Below are positions 1-14,616 of a stretch of 64,000 nucleotides of DNA, piece by piece. The notes under the pieces are model-generated. The model was not told the DNA's origin. It made no database searches and saw only the letters and a program-made list of their open reading frames with translations. The DNA is taken from contig OZ024744.1 in NCBI GenBank assembly GCA_964016885.1, positions 135,532,001-135,596,000 of the forward strand, read 5' to 3'. Position 1 is the first letter of the stretch, and each line of letters starts with the position of its first letter. The position numbers and the translations under genes were made by a program. The stretch is from Eledone cirrhosa. Its lineage: Eukaryota.

Positions 1-3000
1 TGTACACACTGTAAAGTGGTCATGTAGGTAACATGACATAAAGTACCCAGTACACACTGTAAAGTGGTCATGTAGGTGTCATGACAAAAAATACCCAGTA
101 AACACTGTAAAGTGGTCATGTAGGTGTCATGACAAAAAGTACCCAGTAAACACTGGAAAGTGGTCATGTAGGTGTCACATCAAAAAGTACCCAGTACACA
201 CTGTAAAGTGGTCATGTAGGTGTCACAACAAAATGTACCCAGTCCACACTATAAAGTGGTCATGTAGGTGTCACAACAAAAAATACCCAGTACACACTGT
301 AAAGTGGTCATGTAGGTGTCATTACAAAAAGTACCCAGTACACACTGTAAAGTAGTCATGTAGGTGTCACAACAAAAAGCACCGAGTATACACTGTAAAG
401 TGGTCATGTAGGTGTCACAACAAAAAGTACCCAATACATACTGTAAAGTGGTCATGTAGGTTTCACAACAAAAATTACCCAGTCCACACTGTAAAGTAGT
501 CATGTAGGTGTCACAACAAAAAGTACACAGTACATACTGTAAAGTGGTCATGAAGGTGTCATGACAAAAAGTATCCATTCCACACTATAAAGTGGTCATG
601 TAGGTTTTACAATAAAAAGAACCCAGTTCATACTGTAAAGTAGTCATGTAGGTGGCACAACAACAAGCACCCAGTACACACTGTAAAGTAGTCATGTAGG
701 TGGCACAACAATTCCCAGTAGATACTGTAAAGTGGTCATGAAGGTGTCATGACAAAAAGTACCCAGTCTACGCTGTGTGGTCATGTAGGTGTCATGACAA
801 AAAGTACCCAGTCCACACTGCAAAGTAGTCATGTAGGTGTCACAAGACAAAGTACCCAGTCCACACTGTAAAGTAGTCATGTAGGTGTCACAAGACAAAG
901 TACCCAGTCCACACTGTAAAGGAGTCATGTAGGTATCATGACAAAAAATACCCAGTAAAGACGGGAAAGTTGTCTTGTAGGTGTCACAACAAAAAGCACC
1001 CAGTACATACTGTAAAGTGGTTATGAAGGTGTCATGACAAAATGTACCCAGTACACACTGTAAAGTGGTCATGTAGGTGTCTCAACAAAAATAACTCAGT
1101 ACATACTGTAAAGTGGTTATGAAGGTGTCATGACAAAAAGTACCCATTTTACACTGTAAAGTGGTCATGTAGGTTTTACAACAAAAAGTACCCAGTCCAC
1201 ACTGTAAAGTAGACATGCAGGTGTCACAACAAAAAGTACTCAGTCCACACTGTAAAGTAGACATGTAGGTGTCACCGCAAAAAGTACTTAGTACACACTG
1301 TAAAGTGGTCATGTAGGTGTCACAACAAAACGTACCCAGTACAAACTGTAAAGTGGTCATGTAGGTGTCACAACAAAAAGTACCCAGTACACATTGTAAA
1401 TTGGTCATGTAGGTGTCACAACAAAATGTACCCAGTACACACTGTAAATTAGTCATGTAGGTGTCACAACAAAAAGTACCCTGTACACACTGTAAAGTGG
1501 TCATGTAGGTAACATGACAAAAAGTACCCAGTACACACTGTAAAGGGGTCATGTAGGTGTCATGACAAAAAATACCCAGTAAACACTGTAAAGTGGTCAT
1601 GTAGGTGTCATGACAAAAAGTACCCAGTAAACACTGGAAAGTGGTCATGTAGGTGTCACATCAAAAAGTACCCAGTACACACTGTAAAGTGGTCATGTAG
1701 GTGTCACAACAAAATGTACCCAGTCCACACTATAAAGTGGTCATGTAGGTGTCACAACAAAAAATACCCAGTACACACTGTAAAGTGGTCATGTAGGTGT
1801 CATTACAAAAAGTACCCAGTACACACTGTAAAGTAGTCATGTAGGTGTCACAACAAAAAGCACCGAGTATACACTGTAAAGTGGTCATGTAGGTGTCACA
1901 ACAAAAAGTACCCAGTACATACTGTAAAGTGGTCATGTAGGTGTCACAACAAAAATTACCCAGTCCACACTGTAAAGTAGTCATGTAGGTGTCACAACAA
2001 AAAGTACACAGTACATACTGTAAAGTGGTCATGAAGGTGTCATGACAAAAAGTACCCAGTACACACTGTAAAGTGGTCATGTAGGTGTCACAACAAAAAT
2101 TACTCAGTACATACTGTAAAGTGGTTATGAAGGTGTCATGATAAAAAGTACCTATTCCACACTGTAAAGTAGTCATGTAGGTGGCACAACAACAAACACC
2201 CAGTACACACTGTAAAGTGGTCATGTAGGTGTCACAAGACAAAGTACCCAGTCCACACTGTAAAGTGGTCATGTAGGTGTCACGGCAAAAAGTACCCAGT
2301 ACACACTGTAAAGTGGTCATGTAGGTGTCACAACAAAAAGAACCCAGTACACACTGTAATGTAGTCATGTAGGTGTCACAACAAACAGTACCCAGTACAC
2401 ACTGTAAAGTGGTCATGTAGATGTCACAACAAAGAGTACCCAGTACACACTGTAAAGTGGTCATGTAGGTGTCACAACAAAAAGTACCCATTCCACACTG
2501 TAAAGTGGTCATGTAGGTGTCACGGCAAAAAGTACCCAGTACACACTGTAAAGTGGTCATGTAGATGTCACAACAAAAAGTACCCAGTACACACTGTAAA
2601 GTGGTCATTTAGATGTCACAACAAAGAGTACCCAGTACACACTGTAAAGTGGTCATGTAGATGTCACAACAAAGAGTACCCAGTTCACACTGTAAAGTGG
2701 TCATGTAGGCGTCACATCAAAAAGTACCCAGTACAGAATGTAAAGTGGTCATGTAGGTGTCATGACAACAAATACCCAGTAAACACTGGAAAGTGGTCAT
2801 GTAGGTGTCACAACAAAAAGTACCCATTCCACACTGTAAAGTGGTCATGTAGTTGTCACAACAAAAGTACCCATTCCACACTGTAAAGTGGTCATGTAGG
2901 TGTCACAACAAAAAGTACCCGTTCCACACTGTAAAGTGGTCATGTAGTTGGCACAACAATAAGCACCCAGTACACACTGTAAAGAGGTCATGTAGGTTTC

Positions 3001-6000
3001 ATGACAAATAGTACCCAGTACATACTGAAAGTAGTCATGTAGGTGGCAAAACAAGTACCCAGTACATACTGTAAAGTGATCATGTAGGTGTCATGACAAA
3101 AAGTACCCAGTCCACACTGCAAAGCAGTCTTGTAGGTGTCACAAGACAAAGTACCCAGTCCACACTGTAAAGTGGTCATGTAGGTGTCAACAAAAAGTAC
3201 CCAGTACACACTGTAAAGTGGTCATGATGGTGTCACAACAAAAAGTACGCAGTCCACACTGTAAAGTGGTCATGTAGGTGTCACAACAAAAAGTACCCAG
3301 TACATACTGCAAAGTGGGCATGTAGGTGTCACAACAAAATGTACCCAGTCCACACTGTAAAGTAGTCATGTAGGTGTCACAAGACAAAGTACCCAGTCCA
3401 CACTGTAAAGTAGTCATGTAGGTGTCACAAGACAAAGTACCCAGTCCACACTGTAAAGTAGTCATGTAGGTATCATGACAAAAAATACCCAGTAAAGACG
3501 GGAAAGTCGTCTTGTAGGTGTCACAACAAAAAGCACCCAGTACATACTGTAAAGTGGTTATGAAGGTGTCATGACAAAATGTACCCAGTACACACTGTAA
3601 AGTGGTCATATAGGTGTCTCAACAAAAATAACTCAGTACATACTGTAAAGTGGTTATGAAGGTGTCATGACAAAAAGTACCCATTTTACACTGTAAAATG
3701 GTCATGTAGGTTTTACAACAAAAAGTACCCAGTCCACACTGTAAAGTAGACATGCAGGTGTCACAACAAAAGGTACTCAGTCCACACTGTAAAGTAGACA
3801 TGTAGGTGTCACCGCAAAAAGTACTCAGTACACACTGTAAAGTAGTCATGTAGGTGTCACAACAAAAAGTACCCAGTACAAACTGTAAAGTGGTCATGTA
3901 GGTGTCACAACAAAAAGTACCCAGTACACATTGTAAATTGGTCATGTAGGTGTCACAACAAAAAGTACCCAGTACACACTGTAAAGTAGTCATGTAGGTG
4001 TCACAACAAAAAGTACCCTGTACACACTGTAAAGTGGTCATGTAGGTAACATGACAAAAAGTACCCAGTACACACTGTAAAGGGGTCATGTAGGTGTCAT
4101 GACAAAAAATACCCAGTAAACACTGTAAAGTGGTCATGTAGGTGTCATGACAAAAAGTACCCAGTAAACACTGGAAAGTGGTCATGTAGGTGTCACATCA
4201 AAAAGTACCCAGTACACACTGTAAAGTGGTCATGTAGGTGTCACAACAAAATGTACCCAGTCCACACTATTAAGTGGTCATGTAGGTGTCACAACAAAAA
4301 ATACCCAGTACACACTGTAAAGTGGTCATGTAGGTGTCATTACAAAAAGTACCCAGTACACACTGTAAAGTAGTCATGTAGGTGTCACAACAAAAAGCAC
4401 CGAGTATACACTGTAAAGTGGTCATGTAGGTGTCACAACAAAAAGTACCCAGTACATACTGTAAAGTGGTCATGTAGGTTTCACAACAAAAATTACCCAG
4501 TCCACACTGTAAAGTAGTCATGTAGGTCTCACAACAAAAAGTACACAGTACATACTGTAAAGTGGTCATGAAGGTGTCATGACAAAAAGTATCCATTCCA
4601 CACTATAAAGTGGTCATGTAGGTTTTACAATAAAAAGAACCCAGTTCATACTGTAAAGTAGTCATGTAGGTGGCACAACAACAAGCACCCAGTACACACT
4701 GTAAAGTAGTCATGTAGGTGGCACAACAATTCCCAGTAGATACTGTAAAGTGGTCATGAAGGTGTCATGACAAAAAGTACCCAGTCTACGCTGTGTGGTC
4801 ATGTAGGTGTCATGACAAAAAGTACCCAGTCCACACTGCAAAGTAGTCATGTAGGTGTCACAAGACAAAGTACCCAGTCCACACTGTAAAGTAGTCATGT
4901 AGGTGTCACAAGACAAAGTACCCAGTCCACACTGTAAAGGAGTCATGTAGGTATCATGACAAAAAATACCCAGTAAAGACGGGAAAGTTGTCTTGTAGGT
5001 GTCACAACAAAAAGCACCCATTACATACTGTAAAGTGGTTATGAAGGTGTCATGACAAAATGTACCCAGTACACACTGTAAAGTGGTCATGTAGGTGTCT
5101 CAACAAAAATAACTCAGTACATACTGTAAAGTGGTTATGAAGGTGTCATGACAAAAAGTACCCATTTTACACTGTAAAGTGGTCATGTAGGTTTTACAAC
5201 AAAAAGTACCCAGTCCACACTGTAAAGTAGACATGCAGGTGTCACAACAAAAAGTACTCAGTCCACACTGTAAAGTAGACATGTAGGTGTCACCGCAAAA
5301 AGTACTTAGTACACACTGTAAAGTGGTCATGTAGGTGTCACAACAAAACGTACCCAGTACAAACTGTAAAGTGGTCATGTAGGTGTCACAACAAAAAGTA
5401 CCCAGTACACATTGTAAATTGGTCATGTAGGTGTCACAACAAAAAGTACCCAGTACACACTGTAAATTAGTCATGTAGGTGTCACAACAAAAAGTACCCT
5501 GTACACACTGTAAAGTGGTCATGTAGGTAACATGACAAAAAGTACCCAGTACACACTGTAAAGGGGTCATGTAGGTGTCATGACAAAAAATACCCAGTAA
5601 ACACTGTAAAGTGGTCATGTAGGTGTCATGACAAAAAGTACCCAGTAAACACTGGAAAGTGGTCATGTAGGTGTCACATCAAAAAGTACCCAGTACACAC
5701 TGTAAAGTGGTCATGTAGGTGTCACAACAAAATGTACCCAGTCCACACTATAAAGTGGTCATGTAGGTGTCACAACAAAAAATACCCAGTACACACTGTA
5801 AAGTGGTCATGTAGGTGTCATTACAAAAAGTACCCAGTACACACTGTAAAGTAGTCATGTAGGTGTCACAACAAAAAGCACCGAGTATACACTGTAAAGT
5901 GGTCATGTAGGTGTCACAACAAAAAGTACCCAGTACATACTGTAAAGTGGTCATGTAGGTGTCACAACAAAAATTACCCAGTCCACACTGTAAAGTAGTC

Positions 6001-9000
6001 ATGTAGGTGTCACAACAAAAAGTACACAGTACATACTGTAAAGTGGTCATGAAGGTGTCATGACAAAAAGTACCCAGTACACACTGTAAAGTGGTCATGT
6101 AGGTGTCACAACAAAAATTACTCAGTACATACTGTAAAGTGGTTATGAAGGTGTCATGATAAAAAGTACCTATTCCACACTGTAAAGTAGTCATGTAGGT
6201 GGCACAACAACAAACACCCAGTACACACTGTAAAGTGGTCATGTAGGTGTCACAAGACAAAGTACCCAGTCCACACTGTAAAGTGGTCATGTAGGTGTCA
6301 CGGCAAAAAGTACCCAGTACACACTGTAAAGTGGTTATGTAGGTGTCACAACAAAAAGAACCCAGTACACACTGTAATGTAGTCATGTAGGTGTCACAAC
6401 AAACAGTACCCAGTACACACTGTAAAGTGGTCATGTAGATGTCACAACAAAGAGTACCCAGTACACACTGTAAAGTGGTCATGTAGGTGTCACAACAAAA
6501 AGTACCCATTCCACACTGTAAAGTGGTCATGTAGGTGTCACGGCAAAAAGTACCCAGTACACACTGTAAAGTGGTCATGTAGATGTCACAACAAAAAGTA
6601 CCCAGTACACACTGTAAAGTGGTCATTTAGATGTCACAACAAAGAGTACCCAGTACACACTGTAAAGTGGTCATGTAGATGTCACAACAAAAAGTACCCT
6701 GTTCACACTGTAAAGCGGTCATGTAGGCGTCACATCAAAAAGTACCCAGTACAGAATGTAAAGTGGTCATGTAGGTGTCATGACAACAAATACCCAGTAA
6801 ACACTGGAAAGTGGTCATGTAGGTGTCACAACAAAAAGTACCCATTCCACACTGTAAAGTGGTCATGTAGTTGTCACAACAAAAAGTACCCATTCCACAC
6901 TGTAAAGTGGTCATGTAGGTGTCACAACAAAAAGTACCCGTTCCACACTGTAAAGTGGTCATGTAGTTGGCACAACAATAAGCACCCAGTACACACTGTA
7001 AAGAGGTCATGTAGGTTTCATGACAAATAGTACCCAGTACATACTGAAAGTAGTCATGTAGGTGGCAAAACAAGTACCCAGTACATACTGTAAAGTGATC
7101 ATGTCGGTGTCATGACAAAAAGTACCCAGTCCACACTGCAAAGCAGTCTTGTAGGTGTCACAAGACAAAGTACCCAGTCCACACTGTAAAGTGGTCATGT
7201 AGGTGTCAACAAAAAGTACCCAGTACACACTGTAAAGTGGTCATGATGGTGTCACAACAAAAAGTACGCAGTCCACACTGTAAAGTGGTCATGAAGGTCT
7301 CATGACAAAAAGTACCCAGTACACACTGTAAAGTAGTCATGTAGGTGTCACAACAAAAATTACTCAGTACATACTGTAAAGTGGTTATGAAGGTTTCATG
7401 AGAAAAAGTAGCCATTCCACACTGTAAAATGGTCATGTAGGTGTCACAACAAAAATTACCCAGTCCACACTGTAAAGTGGTCATGTAGGTGTCACAACAA
7501 AAATTACCCAGTCCACACTGTAAAGTAGTCATGTAGGTGTAACAACAAAAATTACTCAGTACATACTGTAAAGTGGTTATGAAGGTGTCATGAGAAAAAG
7601 TACCCATTCCACACTGTAAAGTGGTCATGTAGGTGTCATGACAAATAGTACCCAGTACACACTGTAAAGTAGACGTGTAGGTGGCAAAAGTACCCAGTAC
7701 ATACTGTAACGTGGTCATGTAGGTATTATGACAAAAAGTACCCAGTCTACACTGTGTGGTCATGTAGGTGTCACAACATAATGTACCCAGTACACACTGT
7801 AAAGTGGTCATGTATGTGTCACGACAAATAGTACCCAGTATACACTGTAAAGTAGTCATGTAGGTGGCACAACAAGTACCCAGTACATACTGTAAAGTGG
7901 TTATGAAGGTGTCATGACAAAAAGTACCCAGTACACACTGTAAAGTAGTCATGTAGGTGTCTCAACAAAAATAACTCAGTACATACTGTAAAGTGGTTAT
8001 GAAGGTGTCATGACAAAAAGTACCCATTTTACACTGTAAAGTGGTCATGTAGGTTTTACAACAAAAAGTACTCAGTCCACACTGTAAAATAGACATGCAG
8101 GTGTCACAACAAAAAGTACTCAGTCCACACTGTAAAGTAGACATGTAGGTGTCACCGCAAAAAGTACCCAGTACACACCGTAAAGTAGTCATGTAGGTGT
8201 CACAACAAAAAGTACCCAGTACACACTGTAAAGTGGTCATGTAGGTGTCACAACAAAAAGTACCCAGTACACATTGTAAAGTGGTCATGTATGTGTCATG
8301 ACAAAAAATACCCAGTAAAGACGGGAAAGTTGTCTTGTAGGTGTCACAACAAAAAGCACCCAGTACATACTGTAAAGTGGTTATGAAGGTGTCATGACAA
8401 AAAGTACCCAGTACACACTGCAAAGTGGTCATGTAGGTGTCTCAACAAAAATAACTCAGTACATACTGTAAAGTGGTTATGAAGGTGTCACAACAAAAAG
8501 TACCCAGTACACACTGTAAAGTAGTCATGTAGGTGTCACAACAAAAAGTACCCTGTACACACTGTAAAGTGGTCATGTATGTAACATGACAAAAAGTACC
8601 CAGTACACGCTGTAAAGTGGTCATGTAGGTGTCATGACAAAAAATACCCAGTAAACACTGTAAACTGGTCATGTAGGTGTCATGACAAAAAGTACCCAGT
8701 AAACACTGGAAAGTGGTCATGTAGGTGTCACATCAAAAAGTACCCAGTACACACTGTAAAGTATTCATGTAGGTGTCACAATAAAAAGTACCCAGTACAC
8801 ACTGTAAAGTAGTCATGTAGGTGTCATGACAAAAAGTACCCAGTAAACACTGGAAAGTGGTCATGTAGGTGTCACAACAAAAAGTACCCATTCCACACTA
8901 TAAAGTGGTCATGGAGGTGTCACAACAAAAAGTACCCAGTACATACTGTAAAGTGGTCATGTAGGTGTCATGACAAAAAATACCCTGTAAACACTGTAAA

Positions 9001-12000
9001 GTGGTCATGTAGGTGTCACAACAAAAATTACCCAGTACACACCGTAATGTAGTCATGTAGGTGTCACAATAAAAAGTACCCAGTACACATTGTAAATTGG
9101 TCATGTAGGTGTCACAACAAAAAGTACCTAGTACACACTGTAAAGTAGTCATGTAGGTGTCACAATAAAAAGTACCCAGTACACACTGTAAAGTGGTCAT
9201 GTAGGTGTCATGACAAAAAGTACCCAGTAAATACTGTAAAGTGGTCATGTAGGTGTCACAACAAAAATTACTCAGTACATACTGTAAAGTGGTTATGAAG
9301 GTGTCATGATAAAAAGTACCTATTCCACACTGTAAAGTAGTCATGTAGGTGGCACAACAACAAACACCCAGTACACACTGTAAAGTGGTCATGTAGGTGT
9401 CACAAGACAAAGTACCCAGTCCACACTGTAAAGTGGTCATGTAGGTGTCACGGCAAAAAGTACCCAGTACACACTGTAAAGTGGTCATGTAGGTGTCACA
9501 ACAAAAAGAACCCAGTACACACTGTAATGTAGTCATGTAGGTGTCACAACAAACAGTACCCAGTACACACTGTAAAGTGGTCATGTAGATGTCACAACAA
9601 AGAGTACCCAGTACACACTGTAAAGTGGTCATGTAGGTGTCACAACAAAAAGTACCCATTCCACACTGTAAAGTGGTCATGTAGGTGTCACGGCAAAAAG
9701 TACCCAGTACACACTGTAAAGTGGTCATGTAGATGTCACAACAAAAAGTACCCAGTACACACTGTAAAGTGGTCATTTAGATGTCACAACAAAGAGTACC
9801 CAGTACACACTGTAAAGTGGTCATGTAGATGTCACAACAAAAAGTACCCTGTTCACACTGTAAAGCGGTCATGTAGGCGTCACATCAAAAAGTACCCAGT
9901 ACAGAATGTAAAGTGGTCATGTAGGTGTCATGACAACAAATACCCAGTAAACACTGGAAAGTGGTCATGTAGGTGTCACAACAAAAAGTACCCATTCCAC
10001 ACTGTAAAGTGGTCATGTAGTTGTCACAACAAAAAGTACCCATTCCACACTGTAAAGTGGTCATGTAGGTGTCACAACAAAAAGTACCCGTTCCACACTG
10101 TAAAGTGGTCATGTAGTTGGCACAACAATAAGCACCCAGTACACACTGTAAAGAGGTCATGTAGGTTTCATGACAAATAGTACCCAGTACATACTGAAAG
10201 TAGTCATGTAGGTGGCAAAACAAGTACCCAGTACATACTGTAAAGTGATCATGTCGGTGTCATGACAAAAAGTACCCAGTCCACACTGCAAAGCAGTCTT
10301 GTAGGTGTCACAAGACAAAGTACCCAGTCCACACTGTAAAGTGGTCATGTAGGTGTCAACAAAAAGTACCCAGTACACACTGTAAAGTGGTCATGATGGT
10401 GTCACAACAAAAAGTACGCAGTCCACACTGTAAAGTGGTCATGAAGGTCTCATGACAAAAAGTACCCAGTACACACTGTAAAGTAGTCATGTAGGTGTCA
10501 CAACAAAAATTACTCAGTACATACTGTAAAGTGGTTATGAAGGTTTCATGAGAAAAAGTAGCCATTCCACACTGTAAAATGGTCATGTAGGTGTCACAAC
10601 AAAAATTACCCAGTCCACACTGTAAAGTGGTCATGTAGGTGTCACAACAAAAATTACCCAGTCCACACTGTAAAGTAGTCATGTAGGTGTAACAACAAAA
10701 ATTACTCAGTACATACTGTAAAGTGGTTATGAAGGTGTCATGAGAAAAAGTACCCATTCCACACTGTAAAGTGGTCATGTAGGTGTCATGACAAATAGTA
10801 CCCAGTACACACTGTAAAGTAGACGTGTAGGTGGCAAAAGTACCCAGTACATACTGTAACGTGGTCATGTAGGTATTATGACAAAAAGTACCCAGTCTAC
10901 ACTGTGTGGTCATGTAGGTGTCACAACATAATGTACCCAGTACACACTGTAAAGTGGTCATGTATGTGTCACGACAAATAGTACCCAGTATACACTGTAA
11001 AGTAGTCATGTAGGTGGCACAACAAGTACCCAGTACATACTGTAAAGTGGTTATGAAGGTGTCATGACAAAAAGTACCCAGTACACACTGTAAAGTAGTC
11101 ATGTAGGTGTCTCAACAAAAATAACTCAGTACATACTGTAAAGTGGTTATGAAGGTGTCATGACAAAAAGTACCCATTTTACACTGTAAAGTGGTCATGT
11201 AGGTTTTACAACAAAAAGTACTCAGTCCACACTGTAAAATAGACATGCAGGTGTCACAACAAAAAGTACTCAGTCCACACTGTAAAGTAGACATGTAGGT
11301 GTCACCGCAAAAAGTACCCAGTACACACCGTAAAGTAGTCATGTAGGTGTCACAACAAAAAGTACCCAGTACACACTGTAAAGTGGTCATGTAGGTGTCA
11401 CAACAAAAAGTACCCAGTACACATTGTAAAGTGGTCATGTATGTGTCATGACAAAAAATACCCAGTAAAGACGGGAAAGTTGTCTTGTAGGTGTCACAAC
11501 AAAAAGCACCCAGTACATACTGTAAAGTGGTTATGAAGGTGTCATGACAAAAAGTACCCAGTACACACTGCAAAGTGGTCATGTAGGTGTCTCAACAAAA
11601 ATAACTCAGTACATACTGTAAAGTGGTTATGAAGGTGTCACAACAAAAAGTACCCAGTACACACTGTAAAGTAGTCATGTAGGTGTCACAACAAAAAGTA
11701 CCCTGTACACACTGTAAAGTGGTCATGTATGTAACATGACAAAAAGTACCCAGTACACGCTGTAAAGTGGTCATGTAGGTGTCATGACAAAAAATACCCA
11801 GTAAACACTGTAAACTGGTCATGTAGGTGTCATGACAAAAAGTACCCAGTAAACACTGGAAAGTGGTCATGTAGGTGTCACATCAAAAAGTACCCAGTAC
11901 ACACTGTAAAGTATTCATGTAGGTGTCACAATAAAAAGTACCCAGTACACACTGTAAAGTAGTCATGTAGGTGTCATGACAAAAAGTACCCAGTAAACAC

Positions 12001-13350
12001 TGGAAAGTGGTCATGTAGGTGTCACAACAAAAAGTACCCATTCCACACTATAAAGTGGTCATGGAGGTGTCACAACAAAAAGTACCCAGTACATACTGTA
12101 AAGTGGTCATGTAGGTGTCATGACAAAAAATACCCTGTAAACACTGTAAAGTGGTCATGTAGGTGTCACAACAAAAATTACCCAGTACACACCGTAATGT
12201 AGTCATGTAGGTGTCACAATAAAAAGTACCCAGTACACATTGTAAATTGGTCATGTAGGTGTCACAACAAAAAGTACCTAGTACACACTGTAAAGTAGTC
12301 ATGTAGGTGTCACAATAAAAAGTACCCAGTACACACTGTAAAGTGGTCATGTAGGTGTCATGACAAAAAGTACCCAGTAAATACTGGAAAGTGTTCATGT
12401 AGGTGTCACAACAAAAAGTACCCGTTCCACATAGTAAATTGGTCATGTAGGTGTCACAACAAAAAGTACCCAGTACACACTGTAAAGTGGTAACGTAGGT
12501 ATCATGACAAAAAGTACCTAGTACACACTGTAAAGTGGTCATGTAGATGTCACAACCAAAAGTACCCAGTACACACTGTAAAATGGTCATGTAGGTGTCA
12601 TGACAAAAAGTATCCAGTACACACTGTAAAGTGGTCATGTAGGTGTCACAACAAAAAGTACCCAGTACATACTGTAAAGTGGTCATGAAGACGTCATGAC
12701 AAAAAATACCCAGTAAACACTGGAAAGTGGTCATGTAGGTGTCACAACAGAAAGTACCCATTCCACACTGTAAAGTGGTCATGTAGATGTCCCAACAAAA
12801 AGTACCCAATACCCACTGTAAAGTAGTCATGTAGGTGGCCCAACAACAAGTACCCAGTACACACTGTAAAGTGGTCATGTATGTGTCACAACAAATAGTA
12901 CCCAGTATACACTGTAAAGTAGTCATGTAGGTGGCACAACAAGTACCCAGTACATACAGTAAAGTGGTCATGTAGGTGTTATGACAAAAAGTACCCAGTC
13001 TACACTGTGTGGTCATGTAGGTGTCATGACAAAAAGTACCCAGTCCACACTGGAAAATACTCATGTAGGTGTCACAACAATAAGTACCCAGTACACACTG
13101 TAAAGTGGTCATGTAGGTGTCACAACAATAAGTACCCAGTACACACTGTAAGGTAGTCATGTAGGTGTCACAACAAAAAGTACCCAGTCCACACTGCAAA
13201 GCAGTCATGTAGGTGTCACAACAAAAAGTACCCAGTCCACACTGCAAAGCAGTCATGTAGGTGGCACAACAAAATGTATCCAGTACACATAGTAAAGTGG
13301 TCATGTAGGTGTCACAAAAAAAAGTACCCAGTACACACTGTAAAGTGGTT
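1..13350. repeat. 48-bp tandem satellite (consensus CCCAGTACACACTGTAAAGTGGTCATGTAGGTGTCACAACAAAAAGTA), ~278 copies, with kb-scale higher-order duplications; runs off the left edge
   Basis: Monomer read directly from the sequence. Identical variant blocks recur at offsets 4018, 3150, 2537 and 1481 bp (matching ORF-track pairs). Confidence 0.99.
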
Positions 13351-13490
13351 AGTGTTAGGAAGGGCATCCAACTGTAGAAACCAAGCCAGAAACAGTGCTG
13401 TATGAGCAGAACATAGTCACCTGACCTGGCTTGTCTCACATGGGACAACTTGTCTAACCCATACTAACTTGGAAAATGGACATTAAATGG
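13325..13490 (+). mobile_element. 3' tail of RTE-LINE/SINE family, continuous with the last satellite monomer
   Basis: ...CACTGTAAAGTGGTTAGTGTTAGGAAGGGCATCCAACTGTAGAAACCAAGCCAG...TGTCTAACCCATACTAACTTGGAAAATGGACATTAAA matches the RTE 3'UTR at 32570-32745 and the reverse complement of 17690-17865. Confidence 0.9.
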
Positions 13491-13523
13491 TTAAGATACA
13501 AGATTAAATGGTTAAGATACAAG
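13482..13523. repeat. Perfect 21-bp tandem duplication ATTAAATGGTTAAGATACAAG x2
   Basis: Read directly from the sequence. Confidence 0.9.
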
Positions 13524-13524
13524 C

Positions 13525-13850
13525 GCTTCTTAATAAAAAATGATGTTGGGGTAAGTGGAGTAGGTGTTTTACTAGCCAAGAAGTGGATGGACAAAATAGT
13601 TGAGAGGGAATTATCTATCTTGGTTATCACAAGAATCGTGGCTAACGAGAGAACAGAAATACCATTCTTGTGTGGGCAGACAACTTCAATAACAAGACCT
13701 GGACAGAATCCTCGGTTTGTCAGTAATGTCACCCATTGATGGATTACTTCAGTGACTACTTTAACTCTCCCAAATCATTTCAACATTTCACCAACTATCT
13801 CTGACAATCCAACAGTTTTACCATTTTTGATCTCATTGATCCACCTTGCC
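13525..13850. mobile_element. Degenerate RTE-LINE scraps (endonuclease piece on +, pre-RT piece on -)
   Basis: + strand GVSGVGVLLAKKWMDKIVE resembles the RTE APE domain. - strand IKNGKTVGLSEIVGEMLK resembles MKMGKATGPSGIAAEMLK of the RTE at 19588-19842. Confidence 0.55.
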
Positions 13851-13929
13851 TAAACAGCAATGATGGGCTGTTAAAAATGTGGATTATGGTATGATCAAAT
13901 TGGATATTGATGTCTGGTCCTCACATATT

Positions 13930-14495
13930 TATTATCTTCTTGTTCTTGCTCAATGAGACAAGGGTCATCCTCAGTCAGTGATCCCAGAGGCATCATCATC
14001 CATAGAGCCAACCAGGTTCCTCAGTGCTCTCCATTGTTGGTGGTATTGTGCCACCCCCTCTGCATCCTCGTGACATCGAGTCTCTGGAGATCTTCCTTGA
14101 AGATATGCAACCATCTGGTGAGGGAACTGTCACGGGTCCTCTTCCAGCCTGTACCTGCTGTGCTCAACATATCTATTGTTCACTGTTAAAATTAAGTGAC
14201 TGACTGACAACTCCTGTGTCGGATCTCTGTCATCACCATGCATGGCTGGTGTCTGTTTCCAATGAAGTGGCTGAAGCTAGCTAAACCCATCCTGAGATAG
14301 TGCCAACACTGTATTTGTGTCGGTACTTCCCCAATGATGACACAAAAACAGATGAGGTCAGTCCAGACACATTCACATAAAATCCTCCAATATAATTTTC
14401 TGAACTTACTTAAAAACTTGGATTGAACCATTGTCCGAAGCTGATGCCAATATGTCGGTACCTTTACAGAACGCCATATGCTGGATGTGGCCACC
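13930..14495 (-). mobile_element. Decayed non-LTR retrotransposon 3' fragment
   Basis: - strand C-terminal motif GTGWKRTRDSSLTRWLHIFKEDLQRL (degenerate KRPRGRP..RW..DL), followed by a short A-rich tail. Confidence 0.55.
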
Positions 14496-14544
14496 TGAAA
14501 TATTAAAATACAAAACTTAGAACAAAATCAACTGAAGGAATGTC

Positions 14545-14616
14545 ATAGTGCTGTATGAGCAAGATATGGTCATCTGATCTGGCTTGTCTCACAATGAACG
14601 GCTTGTTTAACCCATG
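14545..14616 (+). mobile_element. RTE-family tail fragment
   Basis: AGTGCTGTATGAGCAAGATATGGTCATCTGATCTGGCTTGTCTCACA..TTTAACCCATG is similar to 13393-13462. Confidence 0.7.

Noticed and set aside
249-13448. Cys/Thr-rich ORFs (MTTLQCVLGTFCCDTY)n on the - strand
   Set aside because: A by-product of a 48-bp (16-codon) repeat; frequently broken by indels and stops; the monomer traces to a LINE 3'UTR.
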